From assembly GCA_951406725.2 (NCBI GenBank), contig OX597814.1, forward strand, positions 45,074,001-45,138,000: a stretch of DNA of 64,000 bases. Direction: 5' to 3'. Of this stretch, positions 28,121 through 41,409 are shown in pieces. How positions within the stretch are numbered: the first letter of the stretch is position 1; every line of letters starts with the position of its first letter. Under the pieces are notes generated by a model. That model saw only the letters and a program-made list of their open reading frames with translations. It searched no databases and was not told where the DNA came from. The translations under genes and the position numbers were made by a program. This stretch comes from Octopus vulgaris (lineage: Eukaryota).

Positions 28121-29199
28121 CAGTAGTTTTATTTTTATAGCGTGCTTTCACTTCACTACCGAGCACAGCTCTGTGTGCCTTGGGTATGTGCTGTGATTTG
28201 TTGTGATGCTCTGATGGTTATTGTATGGAAAGTGTTCTCCGTAGGATGTGTGCAGTGCCTAGTAGTGCAATTTTCTGTATGTTATATGTGTTTGTAAGTC
28301 CTGGTGTTTTTGTTATGTATTTGTCTGAATATTTTTTTATCATGCCTAATGCACCTACTATGATAGGAATTGTTTCTGTTTTCAGATTCCACATTCTAGT
28401 TACCTCTATTTCCAGGTCTTTGTATTTTGAGAGTTTCTCCATTTCTTTTAGAGACACGTTGTCATCAGCCGGTATTGATACATCAATTAGAAAGCATTTT
28501 TTTCTTCATGATCTCTGACAACTATATCTGGTCTGTTGGCCTTAATTTCTCTATCTGTGTGTATCGGCATATCCCAGAGTATGGTTGCTTTCTCGTTTTC
28601 TGTGACCTTTTCTGGTGTGTGCCTATACCATCTTTTTTCTGTTGTTATTCCATAATGTTGGCATAGCTTCCAATGTATGTAGGTTCCAACTCTGTCATGT
28701 CTGTGAATATATTCCTTCTTAGCCAAGACTGGGCAGCTAGAGATAATATGATTTATTGTTTCTTGTCCATCTCCACATATTCTGCAGTTACTTGTAATAT
28801 TTCTTTTCATTACATGTTTTTGGTAATTTCTGGTGGGAGGCTTTGGTCTTGTGCTGCAATTAAAAATCCCTCTGTTTCTGCTTTGAGTCCTGAGCTTCTC
28901 AACCATTGCTGGGATTTTTCTTTGTCTATTTCTTTTGCGTTTAGTTTAGTCCAGTATTTACCATGAAGGGGCTTTTCTTGCCATCGTTTTATCATGGTTC
29001 GTTGCTGTTCTATTTTTAGTTTGGATTTCATTTGTTTTATAGCTTTTGTTGTTTCTTCATCTTCTTCTTCTTCTTCATGTTTATTAGGTGGTATGATTTC
29101 TTGTTTGTATTTGTCAGCTTCCTTAAATACTGAGAACAGTTTTTTGTTTTGCTCGTGTTTTGCCGCTATCTGGATCAGTTTTCCTTCCTTCTGAAGTAG

Positions 29200-29200
<1 letters not shown>
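28121..29200 (-). mobile_element. Second family of 5'-truncated R4/Dong-like element (CCHC knuckle, REL and 3' UTR)
   Basis: KPLHGKY, LKAETEGFLIAAQDQSL, CRICGDGQETINHIISSC, RHDRV, RPDIVV and KLSKYKDL. It is bounded by (ATT)n. Confidence 0.92.
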
Positions 29201-29276
<76 letters not shown>

Positions 29277-29340
29277 TATTATTATTATGTTTATTATTGT
29301 TATTATTATTATTGTTATTATTATTATTATTATTATTATT

Positions 29341-29520
29341 CTGTTGTGTCTGGGGAGAATCATTTTCTTTTTGTGCCTTAGAATTTAACACACTCACCGG
29401 TAAAACTTCCACTTATTTCTTATTTTTATTTTCTAAAATTTTCGTTGCATCTTGCAACCTTTTCAATAGTCTTGACTCTGTCCGTTATTTACACTGCGTT
29501 CCTTTTTCTTCGTTTGTGCG
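29341..29520 (-). mobile_element. Penelope-like pseudo-LTR
   Basis: Contains a minimal hammerhead motif. It is flanked by (ATT)n and a TG-rich tract like the other pLTR remnants. Confidence 0.6.
29433..29469 (-). ncRNA. Minimal type-I hammerhead ribozyme motif, U3:A8 variant
   Basis: CUA-UUGAAAA-G-GUUGCA(AGA)UGCAAC-GAA-AAUU-U-UAG: helix I CUA/UAG, a 6-bp helix II and a palindromic helix III. Confidence 0.65.
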
Positions 29521-30254
29521 CATGTGTGTGGGTCAATGCGTGTGTGTGTGTGCGCGCGCCTATGCAGGCATGTACGTATGCATGTATGTGTGTGTGTGCG
29601 CGCGCCTATGCATGCATGTACGTATGTATGTATGTGTGTATGTATGTATACATGTATGCACGTGTGTGCATGTATACATGTGTGTGCATGTATACATGTG
29701 TGTGTATGCATATGTATATATGTATATATGTGTGTGCATCTCTATTTATGTATTCTGCATATTCATGTGCTTGCATGTCCGTGTTTGTGTATTTTCTATG
29801 CATGTGTGTGTGTGTGTGTGTGAGCGTGTGTTTGTATATGTATGCACCTATGTCTCCTTGTGTGTGCATGTCTGTGAGTGTGTGTGTGTATGTGTGTTTT
29901 ACAACTATGTACCATGTTTGTATGTATGGATGTGCATCTCTATATATGTGGACCCGTGTCTCCATATGTGTCCTTGTGTGGAGTAAAGTGTGTGTGTATA
30001 TATCGTCATGTGTTTCAGTCTCCATTTGCGTATGCGTACTTGTCTGTTCACATACACGCTCGCGAGTATGTATATATTTTTTGGCGAATGTTTGGGTGAA
30101 CATCTGTATGTTTCAAGTGAGGGTGGATGAGTATATACATATAGGCGCATGTACGTGGGTGTGCGGGTGCGCATGTGCATGTATGGACATGCTCGTTTAC
30201 GCGATTACTATGAACATTTTTACTTCCTTACATTTACACCCTCCCCTTACTTAG

Positions 30255-30510
30255 CAGTCATTCTAATAGCTCTTTTGTCTTAATAACGGTCAATCCCACA
30301 GTAATTTCCCTTTGTTTTAACGGTCATTTTCATAGCATTTTTTTCGATGGCCTGATAATTGAAGAGAATCCAGCATGAGTTTCCGCCCCGACATCCGAAA
30401 CTCGGAGTTTTATCATGGCTACCGAATAATTGTCACATTATATTTACAGATAAATTCCTCTATTTACATAATATCGAGGTCTCTTTCATCCTTTTGTTGT
30501 CTTGCCATTT
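30255..30510 (+). mobile_element. Penelope-like pseudo-LTR with a degenerate hammerhead-like motif
   Basis: CTGATAA at 30352 ... GAAACTCGGAGTT at 30397. The pyrimidine-rich end abuts (TA)n. Confidence 0.5.
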
Positions 30511-30524
30511 ATATATATATAGTG

Positions 30525-30885
30525 AGAAAGCTTTCCGTATTCTTTTCTTGAGACATTTTGATCTTCTGGTTCAGACATATCTATTAACAGACAAGTTCCT
30601 CTGTTGTAGTCCTTGATCACAATGTCTGGTCAATTAGAGTCAATTTTTCTCTCTGTTTGTATCGAGAAGTTCCAAAGGATGTTGACGCCCTCGCCATTTA
30701 CTACATCCTCTAGATGGTGCCTGTACCACTTATCATAAGATTTAATTTTGTAGCATTTACAAGCATTCCAGTTGATGTACTGCCCTAGTCTGTCATGTCT
30801 TATGAGGTGCTCCTTTTCATCGAGGACTGAACAGCCAAAAAACGACATGATCGATTGTCTCTGTGAATGTTTCCGCAAATTCTGC
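30525..30885 (-). mobile_element. R4/Dong-like knuckle/REL fragment
   Basis: EHLIRHDRLGQYINW..DKWYRH..ILWNFSIQTERKIDSN*PDIVI..CLLIDM. Confidence 0.85.
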
Positions 30886-30946
<61 letters not shown>

Positions 30947-31206
30947 TATTTTGCTGTCCACAATGATTCACATGCGAAATACATAGGAAAGCAACACAAA
31001 CAAGATGCACTGGATTTTCATCGCGAATAAAAAAGTGAGATTCAGCAATAACAATGAACAGACTATAATATTAATACAATGCTATGTATTATAAAAAAAT
31101 AGTATATAGCATTAACATTCAAGAACGAAATAATATAAACAGCTGCAATAGAACCATAGGAGACCTGCACACGGCCAGTATTATCCTTACACTCCAAAGG
31201 TAAGTA

Positions 31207-31240
<34 letters not shown>

Positions 31241-31269
31241 TCTTTATGTGTATCTCTCTCTCTCACTCT

Positions 31270-32300
31270 CCCTGTTCTTCTCCCCAATCTACAACCGCAT
31301 AGTTATGAGAGTGTGGGCACATGTAGCGAAGCTGAACATCCTTCTCTCGCCCATATTCCATAAAATTTACTGGAGAGGTGTGACTCTTTCCCCCCATCAT
31401 CACCATTCTCCTCTTGAATAAGTTGATGCTTATTTCGTTCTTGCTTAGGGAAAAACTTTTATTCTCAAACCTTTCGACCATGTCCACCACGAAACCTCTT
31501 TCATCATATCCACCTGACAGGAAGGCTACCGCTCTTTTTTACCAAAGAAAGGTGATGGTTCGATCTTCAAGATAGACCCCCCCGCCGCACCTTTTATGGC
31601 GTGCGTCTCAGGCATGTTCAGTTGCTGGTAGCTCCATCACAACCGTGATTGTAAAGTTTATCCCGAACAGGTTTTACCCACTCTGTAACTATGTAACTCT
31701 GTAGCATTGCCAGATCAAGAACTTTTGGAAAGTATCTAAAACCCACGACAGAGCAGTCATCTGAGAGACTGCTCAGACTATCCATGCCCATATCTTTGCG
31801 TATGTGTGCGTGTCTGTTCACATACACGCTCGCGAGTATGTATATATTTTTGGCGAATGTTTGGGTGAACATCTGTGTTTCAAGTGAGGGTGGATGAGTA
31901 TATACATATAGGCGCAGAGATTTAATATCGATTCAAACCACCTTTGAATGTCGCAAGAAATCCCATTGACAACATCTACTAATCCTCAAGATAATATACA
32001 TCCATGGATCATGTTATCCTATGTTATCCTATGTTCAGTGCAGCCATCGGCCAGAAATCACTGGCTCCATACATAAGCTTTCTCAACAAAAGTATTCCGA
32101 GATACCCACTGCCCTCACCCACAGAGGAAATGTTGGTCGCATATCGACCTATTCCTTCAGCAAGAAGCGAAACAGCATGTACTCCAATCATGTTAAGTTT
32201 TTTTTCCTGAGACAAGGCGTGGAGATTGGGCGGCAATACATCACTTGGAGTGATATAGACGTTAGTTTCTAAAACCCACATTAGTTTCTTTCCAAACATT
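31270..32300 (-). other. Unidentified coding-like island between two (TC)n tracts, interrupted by a templated insertion
   Basis: Three successive minus-strand open stretches with ordinary protein composition. It matches no TE motif I recognise. Confidence 0.35.
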
Positions 32301-32323
32301 TAGGGACACACACACACACTCTC

Positions 32324-32700
<377 letters not shown>

Positions 32701-33555
32701 CCACGACGACAACGACCACGACCACGATATGAAACGCGGAAATAGTTGCTTTCATATCATGTATCGTGTCTGATAGAGTAAACGCCAGTCAATCAGAAGT
32801 GGCTTAGCGAAACAGATAATTCTAAGAGTAAATCTTTAAATCCGATAATATGGCTGAACAGAGGATGAGTCGCCATCAGCAAAATGGCTCTTCTGGGATA
32901 TAAAAATATAAAGAATATTAAAAAAGAAAAAAAAAATCTAAATTGGGCTTAAACTTAATTCAGTTATATTCAAGATATTGCCGGGTTTAATATTGTTAAT
33001 CTTTATTCATGATTTTCTTTTTTCACTATTTCATTTTCTAATTCAATTTGATCAGCAACATATTTTAGATATTTTTCCCGTTCACTTTTACAATTTTCTT
33101 TCCTCTTCCTTCTTCTCCTACAAAAATACTTGATGCTTGTTTGCTTTTGACACCTTGCAATCCACAGAGATTTCTTCTTCGGTTTAAAAGCATTTTAAGT
33201 TCACATATTTTGCAAAATATCTTTATTCTAAATGGCAATAATTATTAATTTTTGTAAAAAATTTTTTTTTTTCTGCAGCCTATCGGAATAAATGAAAATG
33301 TCTCAAAAGTAAGTGTTTTCGTTTTGGGTAGAGTGAGATTGATATCGACAACCATATAATTATTTCTAATATGTATGTGTGTGCGTGCCTGCATGTGTGT
33401 GTATGTGCGTACGTGCGTGTGCGTTTGTGTGCACGTGTTTGTGTACGTGAGCGTGTGCCTGTTTGCATATGTTTGTGTTGGTGTATGCATTTGTGTGCTT
33501 GTTTGTGTGTATATATGTGCGTATGTGTGTGTATGTGTGTGTAAATAAATATGTA

Positions 33556-33961
33556 TACTCTTTTACTCTTTTACTTGTTTCAGTCATTTGACTGCGGCCA
33601 TGCTGGAGCACCACCTTTAGTCGAGCAAATCGACCCCAGGACTTATTCTTTGTAAGCCCAGTACTTATTCTATCGGTCTCTTTTGCCGAACCGCTAAGTG
33701 ACGGGGACGTAAACACACCAGCATCGGTTGTCAAGCAATGCTAGGGGGACAAACACGACACACAAACACACACATACATATATATATATATATACATATA
33801 TACGACAGGCTTCTTTCAGTTTCCGTCTACCAAATCCACTCACAAGGCATTGGTCGGCCCGGGGCTATAGCAGAAGACACTTGCCCAAGATGCCACGCAG
33901 TGGGACTGAACCCGGAACCATGTGGTTGGTTAGCAAGCTACTTACCACACAGCCACTCCTG
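33556..33961 (-). mobile_element. tRNA-derived CORE-like SINE 'family B', full length
   Basis: Reverse complement reads CAGGAGTGGCTGTGTGGTAAG, B-box GGGTTCAGTCCC, CORE-like CATCTTGGGCAAGTGTCTT, an internal microsatellite, and tail GCATGGCCGCAGTCAAATGACTGAAACAAGTAAAAGAGTAAAAGAG. Confidence 0.92.
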
Positions 33962-34685
33962 TGTATATATAAGATCTTTCTCTTATTTAGAAAGTTATAT
34001 CTATCACTTCTGTTGGGATAGACAAAAGCATGATATAGATAGCCTGAGAGAACATTAAAATTTGGAGAGACCAAAGATTAAGAGAATGAGATATTTTATA
34101 CAATATTTAACTCAAAGTTTACTTCATTAAATTTAAATGAATGTGTTCCAAATATTATATTATATTGCCGAAATTAAGAACTATTTTTTTTTGTATCTCA
34201 CCATCGTACATACTTAATAGTAATTTTTTTTCATTATTAATAACGTTTCTAGTGCATTGGAAGACGACGAGTAGGAGAGGAAGAAGGTGAGAGCGGATGG
34301 AGAGGAGGCGAAGGAGAAAGCAAGGGAGAAAATGTGCTGAAAACGGAGGTGTAGAGTTTCAGAAACACATTACTCATTAGACGTTTAACCTAAGTGACTT
34401 TCAGCGAAATATACACATATCTCTTTTCGTATTTGTCCCCGTTGTTGCTGCTGCTGTTATTGTTGTTGTTGTTGTTCTCGTTTACTTCTCATCACTACCG
34501 TCATCATCATTGCTGTAATTGTAGTGTCAGATGGCTGTCAGCTTCTTCCTGGTCAATTGTTAGATCATGTCGAATGAATTAATAAATTACTCCTAACTTC
34601 TAGTTCTCAGTATATATGTATGTGTGTGTGCTATATGTATGTGTGTGTGTATATGTATGTGTGTATGTATATGTTTGTGTGTATG

Positions 34686-34785
<100 letters not shown>

Positions 34786-34824
34786 CAATATATATACACA
34801 CAATATATATACACATATATATAT

Positions 34825-34876
<52 letters not shown>

Positions 34877-34880
<4 letters not shown>

Positions 34881-35075
34881 ATCCAAACATGAAAACACAA
34901 AAGAGAAAACACAACAACGCGAGGACGTGGAGCAAGTATAGTGTTATTGGACGCTCAGGAAAGAAGGAAAGAAGGAGGGTTTAACGTTTCGAGCGGATCT
35001 CTTCGTCAGAAACATAGGAAAAGGAAAGATCCAAAGAAGGGAAGACGGAGGGAAAAATCGCTAATGGTACACACA
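34877..35075 (-). mobile_element. Penelope-like pseudo-LTR
   Basis: Homologous to 62125-62329 in the opposite orientation. It carries a hammerhead motif and its 3' end lies in (TA)n. Confidence 0.75.
34979..35013 (-). ncRNA. Minimal hammerhead ribozyme motif, canonical CUGACGA core
   Basis: GUUU-CUGACGA-A-GAG(AUCCG)CUC-GAA-ACGU-U-AAAC. Confidence 0.75.
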
Positions 35076-35126
35076 TACATAGATACATATATATATACAG
35101 TATATACACATACATTATATATATAT

Positions 35127-35188
<62 letters not shown>

Positions 35189-35242
35189 TATAAATACAAT
35201 ATATATATAAATACAATATATATATAAATACAATATATATAT

Positions 35243-35588
<346 letters not shown>

Positions 35589-35629
35589 ATATATATATAT
35601 ATATATATATATATGTACTTTGATACGTT

Positions 35630-36230
35630 GAAAGGTTTCGGCCAGTATTTCTAACTTAATAGAACCACCTGGCAAAGACTTCAAATGAGGAATCGGACAA
35701 CATGCCCCACTCGAGGAGAGAGTTATTGTTTATGGGGACATATCCGGGCGTAGTAGGTTTATTCGGGATTTTTGAAGGAATTTATCAAAAGACTTCTTGA
35801 AGTTTACGAGGCTTGTTTCTACTTTAATGTGTTTTGGTGTAATCGTAAAGAGAGCGGGGCTAATTGAGCTGAAATAATTGTGCCATATTGTTATGTGATG
35901 CGAGTATTATTTATGTTGTGGGCGGATATCACGGGGTCCAAGTCTTGAGTGTCTCTTAAAGGCGATGCCAACATCATTTGAGCAATGTCGATGGAATATT
36001 TTCCCCCATCATGCAGATGATGTAGAGCTCACGGCGGCGTCGGAGAGAATAAAGCTTCAGCTTTTCTAGTCAATTCCAATAGTCAATACCTGTCATGCCA
36101 TCTATCGTTTATGTAAATGACTTTTGAGGTGCTTCAATTTTCATGATACTTTGTTTCGTATGGGGAGATCATAGTGGACAACAGTATTCAAGGTGGGGTC
36201 GGGCAAAAGTAAAGAGAAGGATAATGGTGT
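35630..36230 (-). mobile_element. CR1-like LINE 3' end
   Basis: FARPHLEYCCPL*SP..IEAPQKSFT..IDGMTGIDYWN*LEKLKLYSLRRRRE. The tail CCAGGTGGTTCTATTAAG...GGCCGAAAC resembles 60524-60560. Confidence 0.85.
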
Positions 36231-36329
36231 GACATACATACATACATACATACATACCTACATACATACATACATACATACATACATACAAAGACAAAAC
36301 AATAAATATTATCAGCATCGTTTGGAAAA

Positions 36330-38560
36330 TAGAAAAGAAAGATCGCTGATAATTATCGCATGCAAACAAAATGAATAATTATAAATCTTACCAACAAAAA
36401 TTGCATAATAGAATAGGAACAATATTCGGAAGTAATAAAAAGAGAATATTTAAGCATAAAATCTGTCAGAAGTTTTCATCAGAAAAGAGTGTGTAAAAAG
36501 CAAATGTTTAACAGGAAATTTACTTGAAATAAATCAGTTGTCTACAGGGATGCAAGAAAGTCAATAAAAGTTACATCTCCTTTTAATGGAGATACGGGTG
36601 CTTTCTGAAGGAAAGCCTCGAGTTAGGAAACGGAGTTTAACCGGGATATAATGTGGTTTGGGGATATCCGAAAGAAATATTTTCTTTATGTTGATTCAAA
36701 AGAATACAATATTGATGATGATACGACTAAACTGAGAATCCGGAATAAGAAAGCATCAGGATTGATTTAATTGCCAGTTACTGGTGAAAACAAAACTAGA
36801 CTATCGGGAATATATTATTGATCATTACTGGCAAGCTTTCAATAGGGATATAAATATACAGAGTTACTGGCATTGGCAGAAACAAATTTTAAACCCAGAA
36901 ACAAAGCTGTTCCGATGGCGAATAACTACCGACCAAATGCATGCCAGATTTTAATGCGTAAAATGCATACAGTCAGTATGAACCCACAGAATCACAATGA
37001 TAGTAATCATATCACCACAACTGAAGAAGCAGCTGGAAAAAAAACAGTTTGGAAATGCGCTGATCAACTTCTAATCAATAAAGATGTGCCTGAAGTACAA
37101 CTGCGTAGGGGGAATTTGGTTATTGTCAGACAGGATTAGAAAAAAATTTTTTTTCTTTTCGTCACTTTTGGATGTTAGAACTTCGACTAACTAAATTTCT
37201 AGGGACCATAATCAAAGCTATAGCCAGGTCTTAGCCCAGAACGAAGCAAGTACCTGGCTTCGTTTTGAGCCAAACCCTAAAGTTAAATACAGGAAGTTAT
37301 TGTGCTGTTACTGTCACCTTCTTATTTTGTGGGGTAAGAAATTCTGAATGATACGTAATTAGTTCACAAAGAGCCAAAACTTTCCACCAGCCTAACATAC
37401 AGCTTCATTGTGCAAGACCTGGAAGTATATGTCAAAAATATAAATGGAGTGAAGAAGAGTCTTGATCTGGTTTAGATAACCACAAAGGAATGCGGAGATG
37501 GAGCTTAGTCGAGATGCTTCTACCTGATCATAAAATTATGAGAATCTACAAACCAGTCTAACATTTCTCATAATACCTGATTATTTCTCCAACATCTGAT
37601 TAAGAATATTATAGGTAACTAGGGGTGGATGAAAATATATCCTATGATGAAATTCGTAACTAAAGAATATAAACCTCGGTAAAATTATATGGTCTGCAGA
37701 GCCCCAGTCTACTTCACTGACACAATAATTTAGTCTACTTCACTGACATAATCTGGGCTGCTGATGTTAATATTTAAAAGCTATTAATGATCATCAGATA
37801 TATCCTCATCAACGATGATAATGACACCCTCTGACTAAAACGAAAATAAACAGGCAGAGATTTAATATCGATTCAAACCACCTTTGAATGTCGCAAGAAA
37901 TCCCATTGACATCTACTAATCCTCAAGATAATATACATCCATGGATCATGTTTGCATACAAAAAGCAAATAATATTATAAGAGTTACAAAAATCTCATAG
38001 AAAAGTATTTCTTCATTGATAACTAGGGATACACATCCAACGAAGTTGCACGGATCTATCGGAACAAAACATCAAATAAAAGACCTTCAGTTTATCAGCA
38101 GAAGATTATGCATTCTTATGTCGTCAAAAAGCTTCAGAGTGACAGTGAAATAGATAACCAACAACCAGTGTATTATCTCTCAGTTTGAAGGGTATACTTC
38201 TGCAATCTCAGAACAAGAAATAACAAAATACCTGATGCATAAAAAGGATATAGATGCCGTTAAACTTCTAGATATTACAACCTGCGCAAGCTCTGTGGAA
38301 TTATCAGCAAAGATATAACCTTCAGAATATTAAGCTGCCCAAAAATGTTATTACACCGTGGTCTGCCAATGAGGAATGATGTCATGGCCAAAACATTTTA
38401 CAATGCAATTTGTTGAAAGAATAGTCTTGATGATCAAAATTTAAGCAACTACAATGATGCAAACAGCATAGTTACCTATAATTTTCAAAAAATTGAATAC
38501 TGGTGGAATACTCTCACCAAAACCCCTGTAAAATGTAGGCATAACACACAAAGCATAATG
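36330..38560 (+). mobile_element. Long degraded R4/Dong-like element (RT to knuckle)
   Basis: RNKKASG, NNYRPNAC, KCADQLLINK, SQFEGY..AI.EQEIT, a decayed knuckle and EYWWN. Confidence 0.75.
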
Positions 38561-39840
38561 ACGAGATGAATTTTAGGTGTCACCGTCATCCGCATTATAT
38601 TCTGACGAGAGGAATATATTCTGAGCTAACTTTATACAGTCATTGCCCTGCGCTGATTTCATCCTTCATCTTAACAGGTGTTGCTTTTGTTCTAAAGGGA
38701 TTCTAGCAACCCTTCTCACCAGGTCAGCCTGGTGAGGTTGCTGGTTTAATTGCAGGTGACCCTACTCTATAACTACGTGTACTGGGATGCATGTTACCAC
38801 CCACGAGCGACTTGGTTTTATATGTGTATATTCGTGTGCCTGTAAATGCGAGGGTATGCGTATGAGCATACATACGTAAATATATTCATACATATCTGCA
38901 AACATACACACATATATAAAATGCTCTTGCATATATACATTATATATGCATACATACATACGACTAAATTTGGAAGCTACTTAATGCAAGATCATAATGA
39001 TCAAAAACAAATAATGTTGAGAATTGTAAAAATAATTTACCTCGATAATTATCTAGACAATTTGTCTGTAATCTATCAAAATTTCCAATTTACTATTTGC
39101 CACATGAAGTTATTTATGTATTTCGTTCACATCTGTAAGCAGGAATTTGTTTTTACATTCTACATTGACTGGTATTAAAATAGTGCATATTCTTAAGAAT
39201 TCTGTCCTAACCAACAAAATATAGTAATGCTACGGCTTCTTTTCACTTGATTAATCTCTTTCATTTTTTTGCCAGAAAATCGTTTTATTATTTGGTCAGA
39301 AAATTATAGCCCTAAAGCATGGTATGATCTGCCAACAAGTGTAAAGAAATCTCAGACTTTAAAAACCAAAAACAAAATCATTTCTTTTCGCCTGATCGAA
39401 ATATTATTTTTCAAACCTGAAATAATGAAGGTGATTATTGGAAAGGGTAATCTCTAGTTCTAAATCCCTGAAGGTATTTCGCTGTCTCTTTGGACACGAC
39501 ACTTTTAGGTGTAAATAGATAAATAGATAAATTAATTTTTTTATAAATGTGTACTTAAAAAGAGAGAGAGCAATCGTTGTATCTATTTCAAATTACACAA
39601 GTTCGAAATAAAACAAACATATCTAATATAAAACTGTATTAAATAATTCAGTTCTAACAAGCTACTTTCTTTGTTGCAAGATCAGTGACTGATTGCCGCA
39701 TGGTTTTCTATACATTGCGAGCTGGAGCGAATTCCTGCTATCTATAGCGGCTCTTCCGGAGGTTAAAGCGATAGTAACATCGAACAGCCATATTTATATG
39801 ACGTTATATATATATATATGTATATAAAATGAGATAGGGG

Positions 39841-39915
<75 letters not shown>

Positions 39916-39918
<3 letters not shown>

Positions 39919-40195
39919 AGAATTCAAAAAGAAAAACAAAAGACGAAGACAGGTGGTGTAGACATCAAACAGATGCTTTAGTTTAACGCTCGGGAAGTGA
40001 AAAAGTCTTTAACGTTTCGAGCCTACGCTCTTCTACAGAAAGGAACACGGAAAGAAACAAGGAGAGAAAATGAAGAATGTGTAATAGCTAGCGATCTGTC
40101 ATGGCGAATGCCGTACAGAAGAGTCACACAGGAGAGCTAGGAAGAAGGGGAGATAATAAAGTAGTGGTGATCCCAAAATGAAGGTGCGCGTGCGT
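39916..40195 (-). mobile_element. Penelope-like pseudo-LTR (third family)
   Basis: Hammerhead-like motif present. The 3' end abuts (TA)n. Confidence 0.65.
40007..40042 (-). ncRNA. Minimal hammerhead-like motif, A6U variant core
   Basis: CUUU-CUGUAGA-A-GAGC(GUAG)GCUC-GAA-ACGU-U-AAAG. Confidence 0.6.
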
Positions 40196-40205
40196 ATATA
40201 TATAG

Positions 40206-40615
40206 GGCGGCGAGCTGGCAGAAACTTTAGCACGCCGGGCGAAATGTGTAGCCGTATTTCGTCTGCCGTTACGTTCTGAGTTCAAATTCCGCCGAGGTCG
40301 ACTTTGCCTTTCATCATTTCGGTGTCGATAAATTAAATACCAGTTACGCATTGGTGTCGATGTAATCGACTTAATCCGTTTGTCTGTCCTTGTTTGTCTG
40401 TCCTTGTTTGCCCCCTCTGTGTTTAGCCCCTTGTGAGTAGTAAAGAAATAGGTATTTCGTCTGTCGTTACGTTCTGAGTTCAAATTCCGGCGAGGTCGAA
40501 TTTGCTTCTTTCTTCATTTCGGGGTCGATAAATTAAGTAACAGTTGCGTACTGGGGTCGATCTAATCGACTCGCCCCTCCCTCAAAATTTCGGTCCTTAT
40601 GCCTAGAGCAGAAAA
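40206..40615 (+). mobile_element. SINE family A dimer
   Basis: Same two-tail architecture as 21640-22032. Confidence 0.92.
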
Positions 40616-40623
40616 GAAAAAAA

Positions 40624-40686
<63 letters not shown>

Positions 40687-41054
40687 CACGCACACATACA
40701 CCAGAATAATACCTTATATAGGAGTTATTTACTCATGTCTCACTCAAGAACCTCGATCTACGTACAGGCGTTTAATCATTGATGGCTTTCAAAATTCATA
40801 TAATGTACATCTGAATAATATTGTGACACTACTCTTACATTCTGCCGTAATGTACAAGTTGATCTGCGAACCAGTTCCTGTCTTTAAGTGCAACCATTTC
40901 TCTTGAAAAGAAATGCATCAAGGCATCGCATTTCTCTTGCCTTTTAATCTAAGGTCTTCTACATAAATAACAAACTAGTGTACAACAATTCTAAATTTTG
41001 TGTGGTGCGTCTGAAGTGTTATCATCACCACCATAATCGTCGTCGTCCTCATCC

Positions 41055-41227
41055 TGGTAGAATCGTTAGCACGCCGGGCAAAATGCTTCACGGCATTTCG
41101 ACCGTTTTTACCTTCTGAGTTCTTATTCTGCCGAGGTCGATGAAATAGGTAGCAGATGACCACTGGGGTCGATGTAATCGACTTACCCTTCTCCCGAACT
41201 TGCTGGCCTTGTTCCCAAATTTGAAAA
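41055..41227 (+). mobile_element. SINE family A monomer with (ATT)n tail
   Basis: Head, partly deleted core and tail 2. Confidence 0.8.
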
Positions 41228-41232
41228 CATCA

Positions 41233-41356
<124 letters not shown>

Positions 41357-41409
41357 CATACACATAATAGGATACATTGTTGGAAACGAAAAATCTCTAA
41401 CATCGGACT

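Noticed and set aside
32768-32820. Hammerhead-like CTGATAGAG...GAAAC
   Set aside because: The core has an extra base and there is no NUH site or helix I/III pairing.
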